Numbered from the stretch's first letter, positions 16,162 through 26,698 are shown. The stretch is DNA of 64,000 nucleotides from Alphaproteobacteria bacterium (GCA_965249135.1 OZ252220.1:704001-768000), one strand, 5' to 3'. Numbers and translations: made by a program. Notes: generated from the sequence alone by a model not told the origin.

Positions 16162-16601
16162 CCGAACTCATCGCCCGGATCGCGGCCCTCAAGACGACGC
16201 CGACGCCGGACCTCCAGGCGCAATGGCGCGAGCTCTTCGAAAGCGAGCCGCCCAGGCGGAACCGCGGATACCTCGAGAGCCGCATCGCCTACCGCATCCA
16301 GGAGCTCGAGCACGGCGGGCTCTCGCCCGCCACCATCGCCCGCCTCGAGGCGCTCGGCGAGACCCTCGACGGCGGTGACGCGACGGTCCGCAAGCGCCGC
16401 GTCGACGGCCGGCCGGTCACCGGCACCCGCCTCATCCGCGAATACCAGGGTGTCGAGCACTGCATTACGGTTATGGCTGACGGCTTCGAATACCAGGGCC
16501 GGCCCTACAAATCGCTCTCGGCCGTCGCCCGCGCCATCACCGGCACCCGCTGGAACGGGCCGCTGTTCTTCGGACTCCGGAACTCTGGAGGCGCCCGATG
16601 A
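16158..16601 (+). CDS. DUF2924 domain protein
   Basis: L...WRELF..EPP..NR.YLESRIAYRIQEL..GGL; GTRLIREYQG.EH...V..DGFEYQG..YKSLSAVARAITGTRWNG..FFGL. Confidence 0.85.
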   Translation: MTELIARIAALKTTPTPDLQAQWRELFESEPPRRNRGYLESRIAYRIQELEHGGLSPATIARLEALGETLDGGDATVRKRRVDGRPVTGTRLIREYQGVEHCITVMADGFEYQGRPYKSLSAVARAITGTRWNGPLFFGLRNSGGAR

Positions 16602-17910
16602 GCAAGTCCCCGCCACGTAAGTTCCGCTGCGCGGTCTATACCCGCAAATCGAGCGAGGAAGGGCTCGACATGGCGTTCAATTCCCTCGACGCCCAGCGCG
16701 AGGCATGCGAGGCCTATATCGCGAGCCAGAAGCCCGAGGGCTGGGTGGCGATGGATGACCGCTACGACGACGGCGGCATCTCCGGCGCCACCCTCGAGCG
16801 GCTGGCGCTTGTCCGGCTCCTCGCCGACATCGAGGCCGGCCGCGTCGACATCGTGGTGGTCTACAAGATCGACCGCCTGAGCCGCTCGCTCATGGATTTC
16901 GCGAAGCTGATCGAGGTGTTCGAGACCCACGGCGTGACCTTCGTCTCGATCACCCAGCAGTTCAACACCACCACGCCCATGGGCCGGCTCACCCTCAACA
17001 TCCTGCTCTCCTTCGCCCAGTTCGAGCGCGAGGTCACCGCCGAGCGCATCCGCGACAAGTTCGCCGCCAGCCGCCGCAAGGGCATGTGGATGGGCGGCAA
17101 CCCGCCACTCGGCTACGACGTCAAGGACCGCAAGCTGGTGGTGAATACGGAGGAGGCCGCGGTGGTGCGCATGATATTCGAGCGCTTCACGGCCGTCGGC
17201 TCCGCCACCCAGCTCGCGAGGACCCTGCGGGCCGAGGGCGTCGTCACCAAGCGCGGCCGGCCCATCGACAAGGGGACCCTCTACCGGCTCATCAACAACC
17301 GGGTCTATATCGGCGAGGCCGTTCACAAGGGCCGGAGTTACCCCGGGGAGCACGAGGCCATCGTCCCGCGCGTCCTCTGGGACAAGGTCCACGGCATCCT
17401 GAAGGAGAGCCCGCGCCTGCGCGCCAATATCACCCGGGCGCAGACCCCGGCGCTGCTCAAGGGCCTCGTCTTCGGCGCCGGCGGCCGTGCCATGACGCCC
17501 ACCCATACCCGCAAACGCGGCCGGTTCTACCGCTACTACGTCGCCGCTGGGCTCGCCAAGGGCGAGATCCCGGCAGGCGTTGTGCGCCGCGTGTCCGCTG
17601 CCGAGATCGAGGCCGCCGCCGTCCATGAGCTCCGCACCCTGCTGCGCGCGCCGGAGGTCGTCGTCGCCACCTGGCGCGCGGCCCGGGAACGGGACGGCGC
17701 GCTCACCGAGACCGAGGTTCGCGATGCCCTGCAGGATCTCGTCCGCTGTGGGAGGAGCTGTTCCCCGCCGAGCAGGCCCGCCTGGTCCAGCTCCTCGTCC
17801 GGCGCGTCGAGGTCCACCCGGAGGGGTTGAAGCTGCATCTCCGCGTCGACGGGCTCCGCAGCCCGGTCGCCGACATGCGAGCGGAACAGGACCAGAGGAG
17901 GGCCGCCTGA
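16598..17910 (+). pseudogene. Large serine recombinase, frameshifted near the C-terminus
   Basis: CAVYTRKSSEEGL...NSLDAQR, VVYKIDRLSRS, MGRLTLNILLSFAQFERE. C-terminal PLWEELFPAEQARLVQLLV.RV is in another frame after about 17740. Confidence 0.85.
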
Positions 17911-18315
17911 TGACCGAGGCCCGGTTGAGCGACGACGGCGCCACCCTTACCGTCTGGATCCCCATGGCCTTCACGCTCCGGGGCGGGCGCAGGCTGGCGG
18001 TCTCGCCCGACGGCGCGCCGGCCTGGGCCGGGCCTTCGAGCGGGGTCGGATACCCTGGTCAAGGCGCTGGCCCGCGCCTTCCGCTGGCGCAGGCTCCTGG
18101 AGACCGGCGTCCACGGCACCGTCGACGAGATCGCCCGCGCCGAGGGGATCAACGACTCCTGCGTGAGCCGCATCCTGCGCCTCGCCCTGCCCGCCCCCGA
18201 CAGGGTCGGGACCATCCTCGACGGACGGCAGCCGCCCGCGTTCACCCTGGTGCGGCTGATGAAGCCGTTTCCGGTGGAATGGGAACGGCAGCGCGGGTGG
18301 ATTCAGGACTGGTGA
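17910..18315 (+). pseudogene. Conserved HTH protein following the recombinase, frameshifted
   Basis: TLTVWIPMAF..RGGRRL...PDG, then a shift near 18045 to TLVKALARAFRWRRLLETG.....EIA.AEGIN.S.VSRILRL...AP....ILDGRQP...FPVEWERQR. Confidence 0.7.
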
Positions 18316-18427
18316 CGCTGCTCCGCCGCTTTGCCTGGGTGAGATAGAAGCGGAGCGTCAGGAATGCGGCGATTACAACGCGAGCAATCTCAGGCGCTTC
18401 CGGCATGACCGGGTCTGGCGGTCCGGT

Positions 18428-21400
18428 CTAGAACGTCACCCTGAGGCCGGCATTGAAGCCATGAGCGGCGGCCCCGTCGCCATACCGGCCCTTGTAGGCC
18501 AGCCCGAGAAAGGCATTGGCCGAAAGGCCGGCCTCGACGCCGAACTCGGTGACCAGGGAATCCTCGGCGGTCGGAGCGCCGGTGACCGTGAAGGCGGTGG
18601 TGCTGCCCCGCAGCGTGGCGGTCGACGACGGGTCGGTGTCGCCGAAGGCATACCGCCAGCCCGCCATGCCGCGGAGATGGATCATGTCATCCACCTCTAT
18701 CGCGCCGCGCAGACCGAGCGTCGTGAACGTCGTGTTGTTGGTATCCGACGAGGCCGCCAGGGCCGCATCGCCGCCGCTTTCGCTGAAGCCGTCCGTGGCG
18801 AGATTGGTATGGGACACGCCGGCAAAAGGCTCCAGCATCAACGCGCCGGCCTGCACCTCGTATCCGGCTTCGGCAAAGAGCTGCCAGCTCCTGGCGTCGT
18901 AGCCGGCCGACAGGCGCTCCGGGGAATAGTTGGTGAAGCTGACCGTCCGGCTGGTGTCCACGGCGTGCCAGTTATGGATCGCTCCGAAGCCGAGACCCCA
19001 AGCGCCGGCCTCGGCGCCGCCATAAAGACCGGCGGACCATGTGTCGACCGAAGCAGAGGACAACCGCGCACGCTGGCTCACATCCGTCCGGCTGTAGCCG
19101 CCGAGGACACCGAGGCGCCAGTGGTCGCCCAACGCACGGTCGGCGCCGAACAGGACGCCGCGCAGGTCCGTCTCCATCCGCGCCGTGCCCGTGCCGGGCG
19201 TGGCATCGGTCTCGCCCCAGGCACCGTAGCCGGTGATCCACGAGCCGCTATCGCGGTCGGCCAGCGACGACGGATTGCCGAAGGCCGCCGTCGATGTCCG
19301 TGCGTCCGATGTCTGTGCGTCCGATGTCTGTGCGTCCGATGTCTGTGCGCCGGGATCGCCGAAGCGCCCGTTCATGCGGCTTTTGACGGCCGCGACCTGT
19401 CTTTGGCCCGTGTCCATCAACGCCCCCTTGAGGGACGCATGCGCCTCGCCCGAAAGCGCATCGGAGGCGGCCCGTACTTCCTCCGCCGTGTTCAGGCCCA
19501 GAATAGCCTGTGTGATTGAGTTGTCTTCTTCCAGGCTGTCGAGTTCCAGGCTGTCGAGGGCGTTGGCCGCCGCCCGCTGGTTGGCCGATCCGGTAACACC
19601 GGTAACCTCGACGATAGTGATGCTGTTTCTTGTGACAGCCAATTCCACATAGTCGGCCCCGTCGCCGACGTCGCCGTCGTCGAGATAGTCCAGCTCATAG
19701 TCCATGAACAATGAGCCGCCGATGACTTCATCGAATTTGTCTTTGATGGTGGAAATGCGATCGGCGTCAAGGATCGTATAGGTGCCCTCATAAGCGCCCA
19801 CGACTCTCACCGTGCCGCCAAGGCGGGCTAAGCCGGTGACGGTGAGCAGGTCGCTACTACCGTTCGGGCCGGTCGTGACGGTAAAAGTGCTGCCTTGCTC
19901 GCCCAAGAAAATGCCCGTCAGAGCGGTCTCCTGCACGGCGCTCGCACCGCCCGGCGACAAATCGCCCCAATTGGTGAAGCGATTGTTGAGACTGAGAATC
20001 ACCGCGGTGCCGGAATTGAACGTTGCGCCCGCCATGTTGTTGAAGGAATTGGCCCCTGCACCCAGATCGATGGTGCCGGGGGCCGTCAACGTGCCCCAAT
20101 TGTCGATTGTCTCGTCGCCGGAGCCCCCCAGCACGTCGTCATATTCTACTAAGACACCGTTTGATCGAATCCTTTCGCCGCCGCGGACCGTCACAGGGCC
20201 CCTGATCGTCAGCGTATTGGTCGCACCATTACTAATTTCGACGCCTGCGCCCTTGGCACTGGTGATGGTCCCGCCATGCAGCGTGATGCTGATGGCGCCA
20301 TTGGATTGTGCATAGATCCCGGTGCTGGTATCGCCCGAGGCGGTGATGTCGCCCGTCACGTCAATCTTAACAACAGCAGAGCTGTTAGGATTATCGGTAC
20401 CGCTATCGTTATCGGAGTATGCATAGATCCCCGAGCTGTTACCGCCTGAGGTGGTGATGTCGCCCGTAAAGTTAACCGTCACAGCGCCATTGCCATAGGA
20501 TAGTGCATAGATCCCCTCGCTCTCCTCGCCCGAGGTGGTGATAGTGCTGCCGTTCTTCATTGTAACCGTCACATCGCCTTTGCCATAGGATTCTGCATAG
20601 ATCCCCTCGCTCTCCTCGCCCGAGGTGGTGATATCGCCCGTCACTACCGTAATATCAATATTGCCGGCGCTGTTCTCGTCCTCGATATACGCAGAAATCC
20701 CTCTGCTTTTCTTTTTCGTGGTGGTGATATCGCCCTCCAGGTCAACCGTCACATCGCCGTCGGAAGCTGCAGAGATCCCGCCGCTGCTTTCGCCATAGGT
20801 GGTGATATCGCCCGTCACATTAACCGTCACATCGCCGTTTTTATCGGAATTTACATAGATCCCATCGCTGCCCTCGTCCGAGGTGGTGATATCGCCCGTC
20901 ATTGTGACCGTCACATCGCCGTCGCCCCCGGAATCTGCAGAGATCCCCTCGCTGTCCTCGCCCGAGGTCTTGATATTGCCCGTCACTGTAACCGTCACAT
21001 CGCCGTCGCCATCGGATTTTGCTGCGATTCCGCTGCTCTGCTCCTCGCCCAAGGTGTTGATATTACCATCCACTGTAACCATCACGTCGCCGTCGCCATC
21101 GGATTTTGCAACGATTCCGTCGGCGTTAATGCCCTCGGTGATGATATTGCTGCCCTTCTTCATGTTAACCGTCACAGCGCCATCGGAATTTGCATAGATC
21201 CCACGGCTCCTTTGCTTGGCTTTGATATTGCCCCTAAATGTAACCGTCACATCGCCGTCTTCGCCGCCACCGCCACCCGACTTTGCATAGATCCCTGCGC
21301 TGCTGGTAGTACCGAGCCCGATAAGCATGTCGGGATCGCCCTCGGTTTCGATATCGCCCGTCACATTAACCGTCACATCGCCGTCGTCCTCGGATCTTGC

Positions 21401-21952
21401 ATAGACCCCTTCGCTGCACTCCTGGTTATCACTTATGTGGCAAATACCCTTGGCGGTGATCTTGCCCGTCACATTAACCGTCACATCGCCAGCGGATCTT
21501 GCAGAGATTCCTCTGGCGTTAGTGCCCTTGGTGGTGATGCCGTTGGCACCGGTATCGACGGTGAGGGTGATGTCGGTATTACCGTAGGTGTCAGTGTCTT
21601 CGTTATGGGTATCAAAATTGATCCCGCTTGTCCCTGCCTCCGGAGCGATATCGCCGTTCAGAGTATTGACTTTGAGCGTGTTGTAGGTGCCGTGCGGACT
21701 ATTGACCTGCACACCACCGGACAGGTCGCCGGTACAGGTCACCGTCGTGCCGCTGTCGGTGCACTCCGGGGATCCCGGTGTGAACGATTGCGCCTGCGCA
21801 GCGAGCCCCCCGCCGAAAAGCATCGCACCCGCAGCAGCCCACAACAACAGCGCATTGCGCAATGTGCGGGAACGCGAGACGGTCACGGCACCGCCGGCGC
21901 CGCGGCCTTCGCAGTCGCTCTCAGGGTTCATCGCGCAACGCGTATTTCGCAT
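18428..21952 (-). CDS. Type Va autotransporter with a repetitive beta-helical passenger (start 21952 or 21931)
   Basis: Signal peptide ending LAAQAQ. Many GDVTVNVTGDITT.G..S.GI.A repeats. C-terminal beta-barrel (W..GYGAWG, LFAEAGY, LEPFAG) ending GLRVTF. Confidence 0.85.
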   Translation of the reverse strand: MRNTRCAMNPESDCEGRGAGGAVTVSRSRTLRNALLLWAAAGAMLFGGGLAAQAQSFTPGSPECTDSGTTVTCTGDLSGGVQVNSPHGTYNTLKVNTLNGDIAPEAGTSGINFDTHNEDTDTYGNTDITLTVDTGANGITTKGTNARGISARSAGDVTVNVTGKITAKGICHISDNQECSEGVYARSEDDGDVTVNVTGDIETEGDPDMLIGLGTTSSAGIYAKSGGGGGEDGDVTVTFRGNIKAKQRSRGIYANSDGAVTVNMKKGSNIITEGINADGIVAKSDGDGDVMVTVDGNINTLGEEQSSGIAAKSDGDGDVTVTVTGNIKTSGEDSEGISADSGGDGDVTVTMTGDITTSDEGSDGIYVNSDKNGDVTVNVTGDITTYGESSGGISAASDGDVTVDLEGDITTTKKKSRGISAYIEDENSAGNIDITVVTGDITTSGEESEGIYAESYGKGDVTVTMKNGSTITTSGEESEGIYALSYGNGAVTVNFTGDITTSGGNSSGIYAYSDNDSGTDNPNSSAVVKIDVTGDITASGDTSTGIYAQSNGAISITLHGGTITSAKGAGVEISNGATNTLTIRGPVTVRGGERIRSNGVLVEYDDVLGGSGDETIDNWGTLTAPGTIDLGAGANSFNNMAGATFNSGTAVILSLNNRFTNWGDLSPGGASAVQETALTGIFLGEQGSTFTVTTGPNGSSDLLTVTGLARLGGTVRVVGAYEGTYTILDADRISTIKDKFDEVIGGSLFMDYELDYLDDGDVGDGADYVELAVTRNSITIVEVTGVTGSANQRAAANALDSLELDSLEEDNSITQAILGLNTAEEVRAASDALSGEAHASLKGALMDTGQRQVAAVKSRMNGRFGDPGAQTSDAQTSDAQTSDARTSTAAFGNPSSLADRDSGSWITGYGAWGETDATPGTGTARMETDLRGVLFGADRALGDHWRLGVLGGYSRTDVSQRARLSSASVDTWSAGLYGGAEAGAWGLGFGAIHNWHAVDTSRTVSFTNYSPERLSAGYDARSWQLFAEAGYEVQAGALMLEPFAGVSHTNLATDGFSESGGDAALAASSDTNNTTFTTLGLRGAIEVDDMIHLRGMAGWRYAFGDTDPSSTATLRGSTTAFTVTGAPTAEDSLVTEFGVEAGLSANAFLGLAYKGRYGDGAAAHGFNAGLRVTF
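19292..19349. repeat. 15-bp in-frame tandem repeat (about 4 copies, AQTSD) in the autotransporter linker
   Basis: CGATGTCTGTGCGTC units. Confidence 0.85.
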
Positions 21953-22060
21953 GAAAGGCTCATCCCCAAAACATCCCTTACCCCGCGGTTGGCACGTCGC
22001 TGCCTCGCCTAAATCCACCTGATCCCAGGTTAACAACCGCCGAATCTTCCTGCAAGAGGC

Positions 22061-23186
22061 TGTCCTCGTTCAGGACATATGAGACGGCTGGGCATCGTTG
22101 GCTGCTCGGTGAGCAAGGTACTCGGCGGGTGTTTGTCCGCCAAGGGCCTGATGCGGCCGGAAGGTGTTGAACTCGTTGGCGAAAGCGTCGAGCCATCGGT
22201 TGGTGTCCTCGAGGTTGTCGGTGTCGAGTTGCCAGCAGGCGTAGAACTCGTAGCGCCAAGCCCCGTTGTTGCGCTCGACATGTCCGTTGAGTTCGGGCGA
22301 TCGGGGCGGCAACTCGAAGAGCTCGATGTCGCGCCGCTGACACTCGCTCTCGAAGGCGGCCTTGAACTCGGCGCCGCCGTCGACCTGGATGGCAGTGATG
22401 GGGAAGGGCATGTCGGCTTGCAGCTTGTCGAGGAAGCGCTTGGCGTTGTGAGCCGTGGCGCGCCGGTAGGCTCGGGCACAGGTCCATTTGGCCACCGGAT
22501 CGCAGGCGGTGAACTGTTTGACGGCGGGGTGCCCGGCACGGGGCGTGAGGGTGAGAGTATCGACCTGGACGATCTCGCCGGGCCGCGTGGGTCTGCGGCC
22601 CTTGGGCAATCGCCTGGCATGGGGGCGGTGCGCCGTGCCGCGCCGGGGGCGCGGTGCCTGAGGATGGGCACGGGCAGGACCTGGCCCGGACCACCAGCAT
22701 CTTCAGGATGCGCCCGACGGTGCTTTCGCTCACCGTGTATCCCTGGCGGCGCAGGATGACGGCGAGCTTGGCCTTGCCCCACATGGGGTAGTCGTGGCGC
22801 AGCTCCTTGACCGCCGCGACCAGCGCCGGCGGCCAGTCCGGCCGACGCAGGCGCCGGGGCCGGCGCGATCCCGGCTCGGGACGGTTCCGCCACCGATAGA
22901 GGGTGGACCGCGGCACGCCGACGACCTCGGCCGCCCGATCGGCGGTCAAGCCGCCGGGTTTGGCTTTGCGCCAGCGGTGCACCGCGTCGCGTCTGATCGA
23001 CGCTTCGCGATCTGCGGACTGCGCGTCGATCAGACGAGACGCGGTCTTGGCGTTTCGGATAACGTGACACGGCAGGCTTCGGACCTGCATGGGGGCCTCC
23101 TTCGGCTGGTGGTTGCACCATCACAGCCTCGGAGACCCCCGCCCCCACATCAAGGGCCGCGTCCCACATCTGTCTGAACTAGGTCA
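22061..23186 (-). mobile_element. IS481-family-like insertion sequence
   Basis: Imperfect terminal IRs TGTCCTCGTTCAGGACATATGAGAC (22061) and TGACCTAGTTCAGACAGATGTGGGAC (revcomp ending 23186). Flanks GAGGC/GAGAC may be a 5-bp TSD with one mismatch. Confidence 0.75.
22070..23090 (-). pseudogene. DDE (rve) transposase, two frameshifts
   Basis: HTH (VGVPRSTLYRW, PMWGKAKL) in one frame. PGEIVQVDT...IQVDGGAEF...SPELNGHVER...RPHQALGGQTPAE in another. Confidence 0.8.
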
Positions 23187-23336
23187 GAGACAAGCTCCGG
23201 GCGTTCGAAGGCCTCGGCCAAGTGTTCTCGAACGGCGTCGAGCGCCGGCGGAGGCGGCCCACCACGTATCGCAAGCGCGAGAATTCAAAGTGACCCACTA
23301 CCGGCTGTACGGATCACTGGACTCCGCCCCCGCACC

Positions 23337-23618
23337 GTGCAGGATAGGGCGAAGAAGGGGAAAATCCCCGGGGCCGCCAAGCTCGGCGGCGTGTGGACCT
23401 TCGACAGAGCGAAGCTGCGGCGGTGGGTGCGAAGGAAGGAGCGCAAATGCCGAAACATCTCTACTGTCGAGACGGCACTTGGTACGCCCACCTTCGCGTT
23501 CGGGGACGTCTCTATCGACGAAGCCTGCAGACAACTATCAATCCACGGCACGGCGCCGCCTGAAGAAGATCCTCGAGGAGGCCGACCACTTGCGCTTCCA
23601 CGGGGAGGCCCGCCATAG
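23337..23618 (+). pseudogene. Excisionase-like (MerR/HTH_17) gene overlapping the integrase start, degenerate
   Basis: (ITGLRPRT)VQDRAKKGKIPGAAKLGGVWTFDRAKLRRWV. No clean start codon. Confidence 0.6.
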
Positions 23619-24513
23619 CTGGAAGGAAGCCACCGTGCGGTGGGCCGTGGAATACCCCGCCCAGGTCAAACCGGCCGCCATGAAGCGGTATCTCGTCTCC
23701 GTCCGTCAGCTCGACCCTGACTTCGGCGACGTCTACCTCGACGAGATCACCCGGCGGCGGATCGCCGATTTCGTTTCTCACCGCAAGAAAGAGGCGACGA
23801 ACGCCACGATCCGGCGCGATCTCACGGCGCTTTCCCGAATCCTCGCCTGTTGCGTCGCCTGGGGCTGGATCGAGACGAATCCGGCCCGCGACTTCGACCG
23901 CTCGGTCCTGCGCGAACGACGCGACCCGATCGTGCCGCCGGCCGATGAGGACGTCGCTTGGTTCTTAAAATTCTGCTCGGGTAATTTTGCCCGCGCCGTC
24001 CAACTCCTCCGGCAAACCGGGATGCGCGCCGAGGAAGGCTTCTCCCTCGAGCAGCGCCAATGCGACCTCAGGCGCCGCGAGATCCTGCTCCCCCGCACCA
24101 AGACGAATCGGCCCCGGGTGATACCGCTCGCCGATCCCCTGCTCGCCCCTGCCAGTATCACATTAAGTATCACACCCCGGCACCTGACCTCGCCTTTCGT
24201 CTTTTGGCACGGCGACGGGAAACGCTACAAGAATGTCGCCAGCCGCTTTGCCGCCATAATGAAGCGGGCAGAACGGAAGGCATTGGAGCAAAAGCGCGAG
24301 TTCCGGCGGTTTCGCTGCCATGATCTCCGGCACAAATTCGCCATCGAATACCTGAAGGAAGGCGGCGGCGTCTACGAGCTTGCTCAGATTCTCGGCCACT
24401 CATCGGTCAAGACGACCGAGCTCTACCTCGCTTTTACGAGCGAAGGAGTATCCCAAAAAGTATCACAGCGGCGGCGGTTTTCCGGCGAAGACAGCTCAGC
24501 GGAGACAAACTAA
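23447..24513 (+). pseudogene. Tyrosine integrase with a frameshift after the arm-binding domain
   Basis: RBS AAGGAG and ATG 23447 give MPKHLYCRDGTWYAHLRVRGRLYRRSLQT, which is out of frame with the catalytic domain (TGMR, TKTN, HDLRH, LGHSS, TELY). Shift near 23538. Ends 10 nt from the tRNA 3' end. Confidence 0.8.
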
Positions 24514-24523
24514 CTCATTGAAT

Positions 24524-24616
24524 TGGCGGAGGGAGGGGGATTCGAACCCCCGATACGGTGTTAAACCGCATAACGGTTTAGCAAACCGTCGCCTTCAGCC
24601 ACTCGGCCACCCCTCC
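24524..24616 (-). tRNA. tRNA-Ser(GCT)
   Basis: GGAGGGG...CCCTCC GCCA acceptor, anticodon arm ACGGT-TTGCTAA-ACCGT, long variable arm, GGTTCGAATCC T-loop, encoded CCA. Confidence 0.95.
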
Positions 24617-24773
24617 AACGCGGGAACCCTGCGAATCCAGCCCCGTACGCGCGTTCTAGCGGCGGCGCCGAAAGCTGTCAATGAAGCGCCCCCGCTTTCG
24701 CCCCTAAAAACCCTGGTTTTCTGCGGCATTCGGCCGTTTCCGGCGAAGCGCCTTGCCTCGCTTTCGTTTTCCG

Positions 24774-24788
24774 TTAACATTTCCTTAC
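24774..24788. promoter_or_regulatory. CtrA-box-like site
   Basis: TTAA-CATTTCC-TTAC, one mismatch to TTAA-N7-TTAA, upstream of ATG 24867. Confidence 0.35.
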
Positions 24789-24866
24789 GAGGGGGGAGGC
24801 TATCCTCTAGGAAGGCATACAAAAACCGGCATCGGCGGGGGTTTCCTGCCGTGGGGGGCTCGGTGC

Positions 24867-25409
24867 ATGGGAAAACGGATAGCAGGTTTCGCGTTGACGG
24901 CCGCCGTTCTATGGGCCGCTTCCGGCGACAAGGCCTTGGCGGAAGACTCGAAGCTCGTGGTCGCCAAGGCGGCGTCCGTGCGCGCTCTTCAGTCCGAACT
25001 CATGGTCGCCGCCCTTGCCTGCCCCGGTGATCTCGGGGTCTCGCTCATTCAAAACTACAATCGTTTCGTCCGTCACTTCTCGCCGGCGCTTATCCGCAGC
25101 GCCGATACGCTGCGCACGCATTTCCGGGCAACCTACGGCGCAAAACATGCGATCCGTTTCGATTCCTTCCTCACCCGCCTTGCCAACCGGGCCTCCTTAA
25201 GCTCGATCCGCGAGGCGGCCTATTGCGAGGACCGGGCCGAACTGGTCGAGGCGGCGCTCGGCCTGAACGATTCGGATCTCGAAAGCTTCACGATCATCAC
25301 CTACACGACGACGGCCGACCTCATCGGCAAAGAGCCGTTCACCCTTACCCCTGAGACGCACCTCGCCGCCCGTGCAGCGCTTGAGAAAGCAGCCAGGCGT
25401 TCCAAATAG
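24867..25409 (+). CDS. Conserved secreted alphaproteobacterial hypothetical protein
   Basis: Signal peptide, then VRALQSELMVAALAC...YNRFV...D.F.TRLAN.AS....YC. Confidence 0.6.
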   Translation: MGKRIAGFALTAAVLWAASGDKALAEDSKLVVAKAASVRALQSELMVAALACPGDLGVSLIQNYNRFVRHFSPALIRSADTLRTHFRATYGAKHAIRFDSFLTRLANRASLSSIREAAYCEDRAELVEAALGLNDSDLESFTIITYTTTADLIGKEPFTLTPETHLAARAALEKAARRSK

Positions 25410-25421
25410 ACTCTTTTCGTT

Positions 25422-26559
25422 TTAAGGAAGAAGGATCTCGACCCGGCGGTTCCTGGGTTCGCGCACATTATCCGGCGTCGCCACCAGAGGATCGCTCGCC
25501 CTTGCCAAGGATCGCGATGCCGTTCGCCGCCACCCCCTGTCCGATCATGAAGCTCTTCACCGACGCGGCCCGGCGTTCGGAAAGCGACTGGTTGTAGCGG
25601 CGCGAGCCGGAACGGTCGGCATGACCGGTCAATTGGATGACGGTGAGCGTGCCCTGCTTCGCGGCGGCAGCCGCCTCGACCAGGATCTGCACCGCATCCG
25701 GCCGGATGGCGGCCTGGTCCCAATCGAAGAAGACGAGGAAGGTCTGCTTCTCTCGCGGCGCAACTGGCGGGGCCGACGGCGTCACTCGCGAGGCCGGGCG
25801 GGGCTGGGCAGCGGCGGTTCGCCGCGGCGCGCGCTCGGCGACCCGGCGGGCCGGCTTCAAAGGCTTCGCAAGCTTCGAAGGTTTCGCCGCCGCTTGCCGA
25901 TCGAAATGCCAGGTGAGGCCGAACAGGATCGAATGGTCTTCGACGCCGCTTTCGACGCTCTCGCCGGCAACCGTCACGAATTCCGGGCCGACCGTCGTCA
26001 GATACCGGTAGTCGACATTGGCCGAAAGCCGCGGGGTGAGCGTATGGCTGACGCCGAAAAGCACCTAGTAGGCAAAAACGCTGTCATCTTCATCGATGAG
26101 CCGCACGCCATTTTGCGTCACGTCGTTGAGCGACACATGCGCCGTGCCGAGGCCGACGCCGAGATGCAGCCCTAAGAACCGGTCCGGTGCAATCTCGGCC
26201 CTGTAGAAGTCGTAGATGAAGTTTGCCGTCACGGTGCGGATCGAACGGTCGCCCCCCACGGCGCCCGTGCCGCCGGTCAAGCTGTCGATATCGTTCTCGC
26301 GGTAGAGAAACTCGCCTTCGATGCGGAACCCCCGGAAGTCATAGCCGACTGCAGCCCCGGCCAGGTAGCCGCCGCTGAATTCGCTCGTACGGTTGAAGGT
26401 GCTGCCCAAAAGGCCGGTGATATCCTCCGGGTCCGGGAAACTCCCGCCGGCCTGGGCGCGCAAATACCATGCTTCGCCGTTCGCGGCCCCGGCCGGGCCT
26501 GCGAAGGCGAGCGCGAGCAGAAGAACCGCCATTCCCGCCCCAAGATTCGGGAATTTCAT
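25422..26559 (-). pseudogene. OmpA-family outer membrane protein (beta-barrel plus PG-binding domain) with a nonsense codon and a frameshift
   Basis: ORFs 26065-26568 and 25468-26064 are in frame across TAG 26065-26067 (AY*VL, expected Q). The OmpA tail DPLVATPDNVREPRNRRVEILLP* is shifted after GKGE (about 25494). Confidence 0.8.
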
Positions 26560-26698
26560 GCCTGCCACGGTGGGATACCCCCTCGAAGAAGATTGGTTAA
26601 GATTACGGGAAATCGGGGCCGAAAGTCGAGCCCCGACACAGACTTGACCCCTTCACGGGTAAGCCTTGGCAGGCCATGGTTTTTCGGGCCCAAGATCT

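Larger units (their letters stand above)
118..18315. mobile_element. Defective cos-type prophage of the DUF2924/serine-recombinase type (structural module absent)
   Basis: Ordered recombination, control, replication, late promoter and cos modules. GC visibly higher than the host backbone. Many lesions. Confidence 0.8.

Noticed and set aside
20290-21550. Autotransporter repeats as a DGR template/variable pair
   Set aside because: No reverse transcriptase seen. The repeats are in-frame structural units and their differences are not adenine-specific.
23089-23446. N-terminal 120 aa of the 474-aa integrase ORF in the track
   Set aside because: Read-through from IS and xis sequence. The real start is ATG 23447 with an RBS, in another frame.
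24524-24616. Long-variable-arm tRNA as tRNA-Sec or a suppressor
   Set aside because: Anticodon is GCT with a normal acceptor stem, so it is an ordinary tRNA-Ser.
8522-26067. Two in-frame TAG codons (RecD helicase, ompA) suggesting amber recoding or pyrrolysine
   Set aside because: They replace different residues (Trp TGG, Gln CAG), each by a single transition. TAG is a normal stop in rpmG, rnd, divK, gatC and ndk, and ompA has a second lesion.
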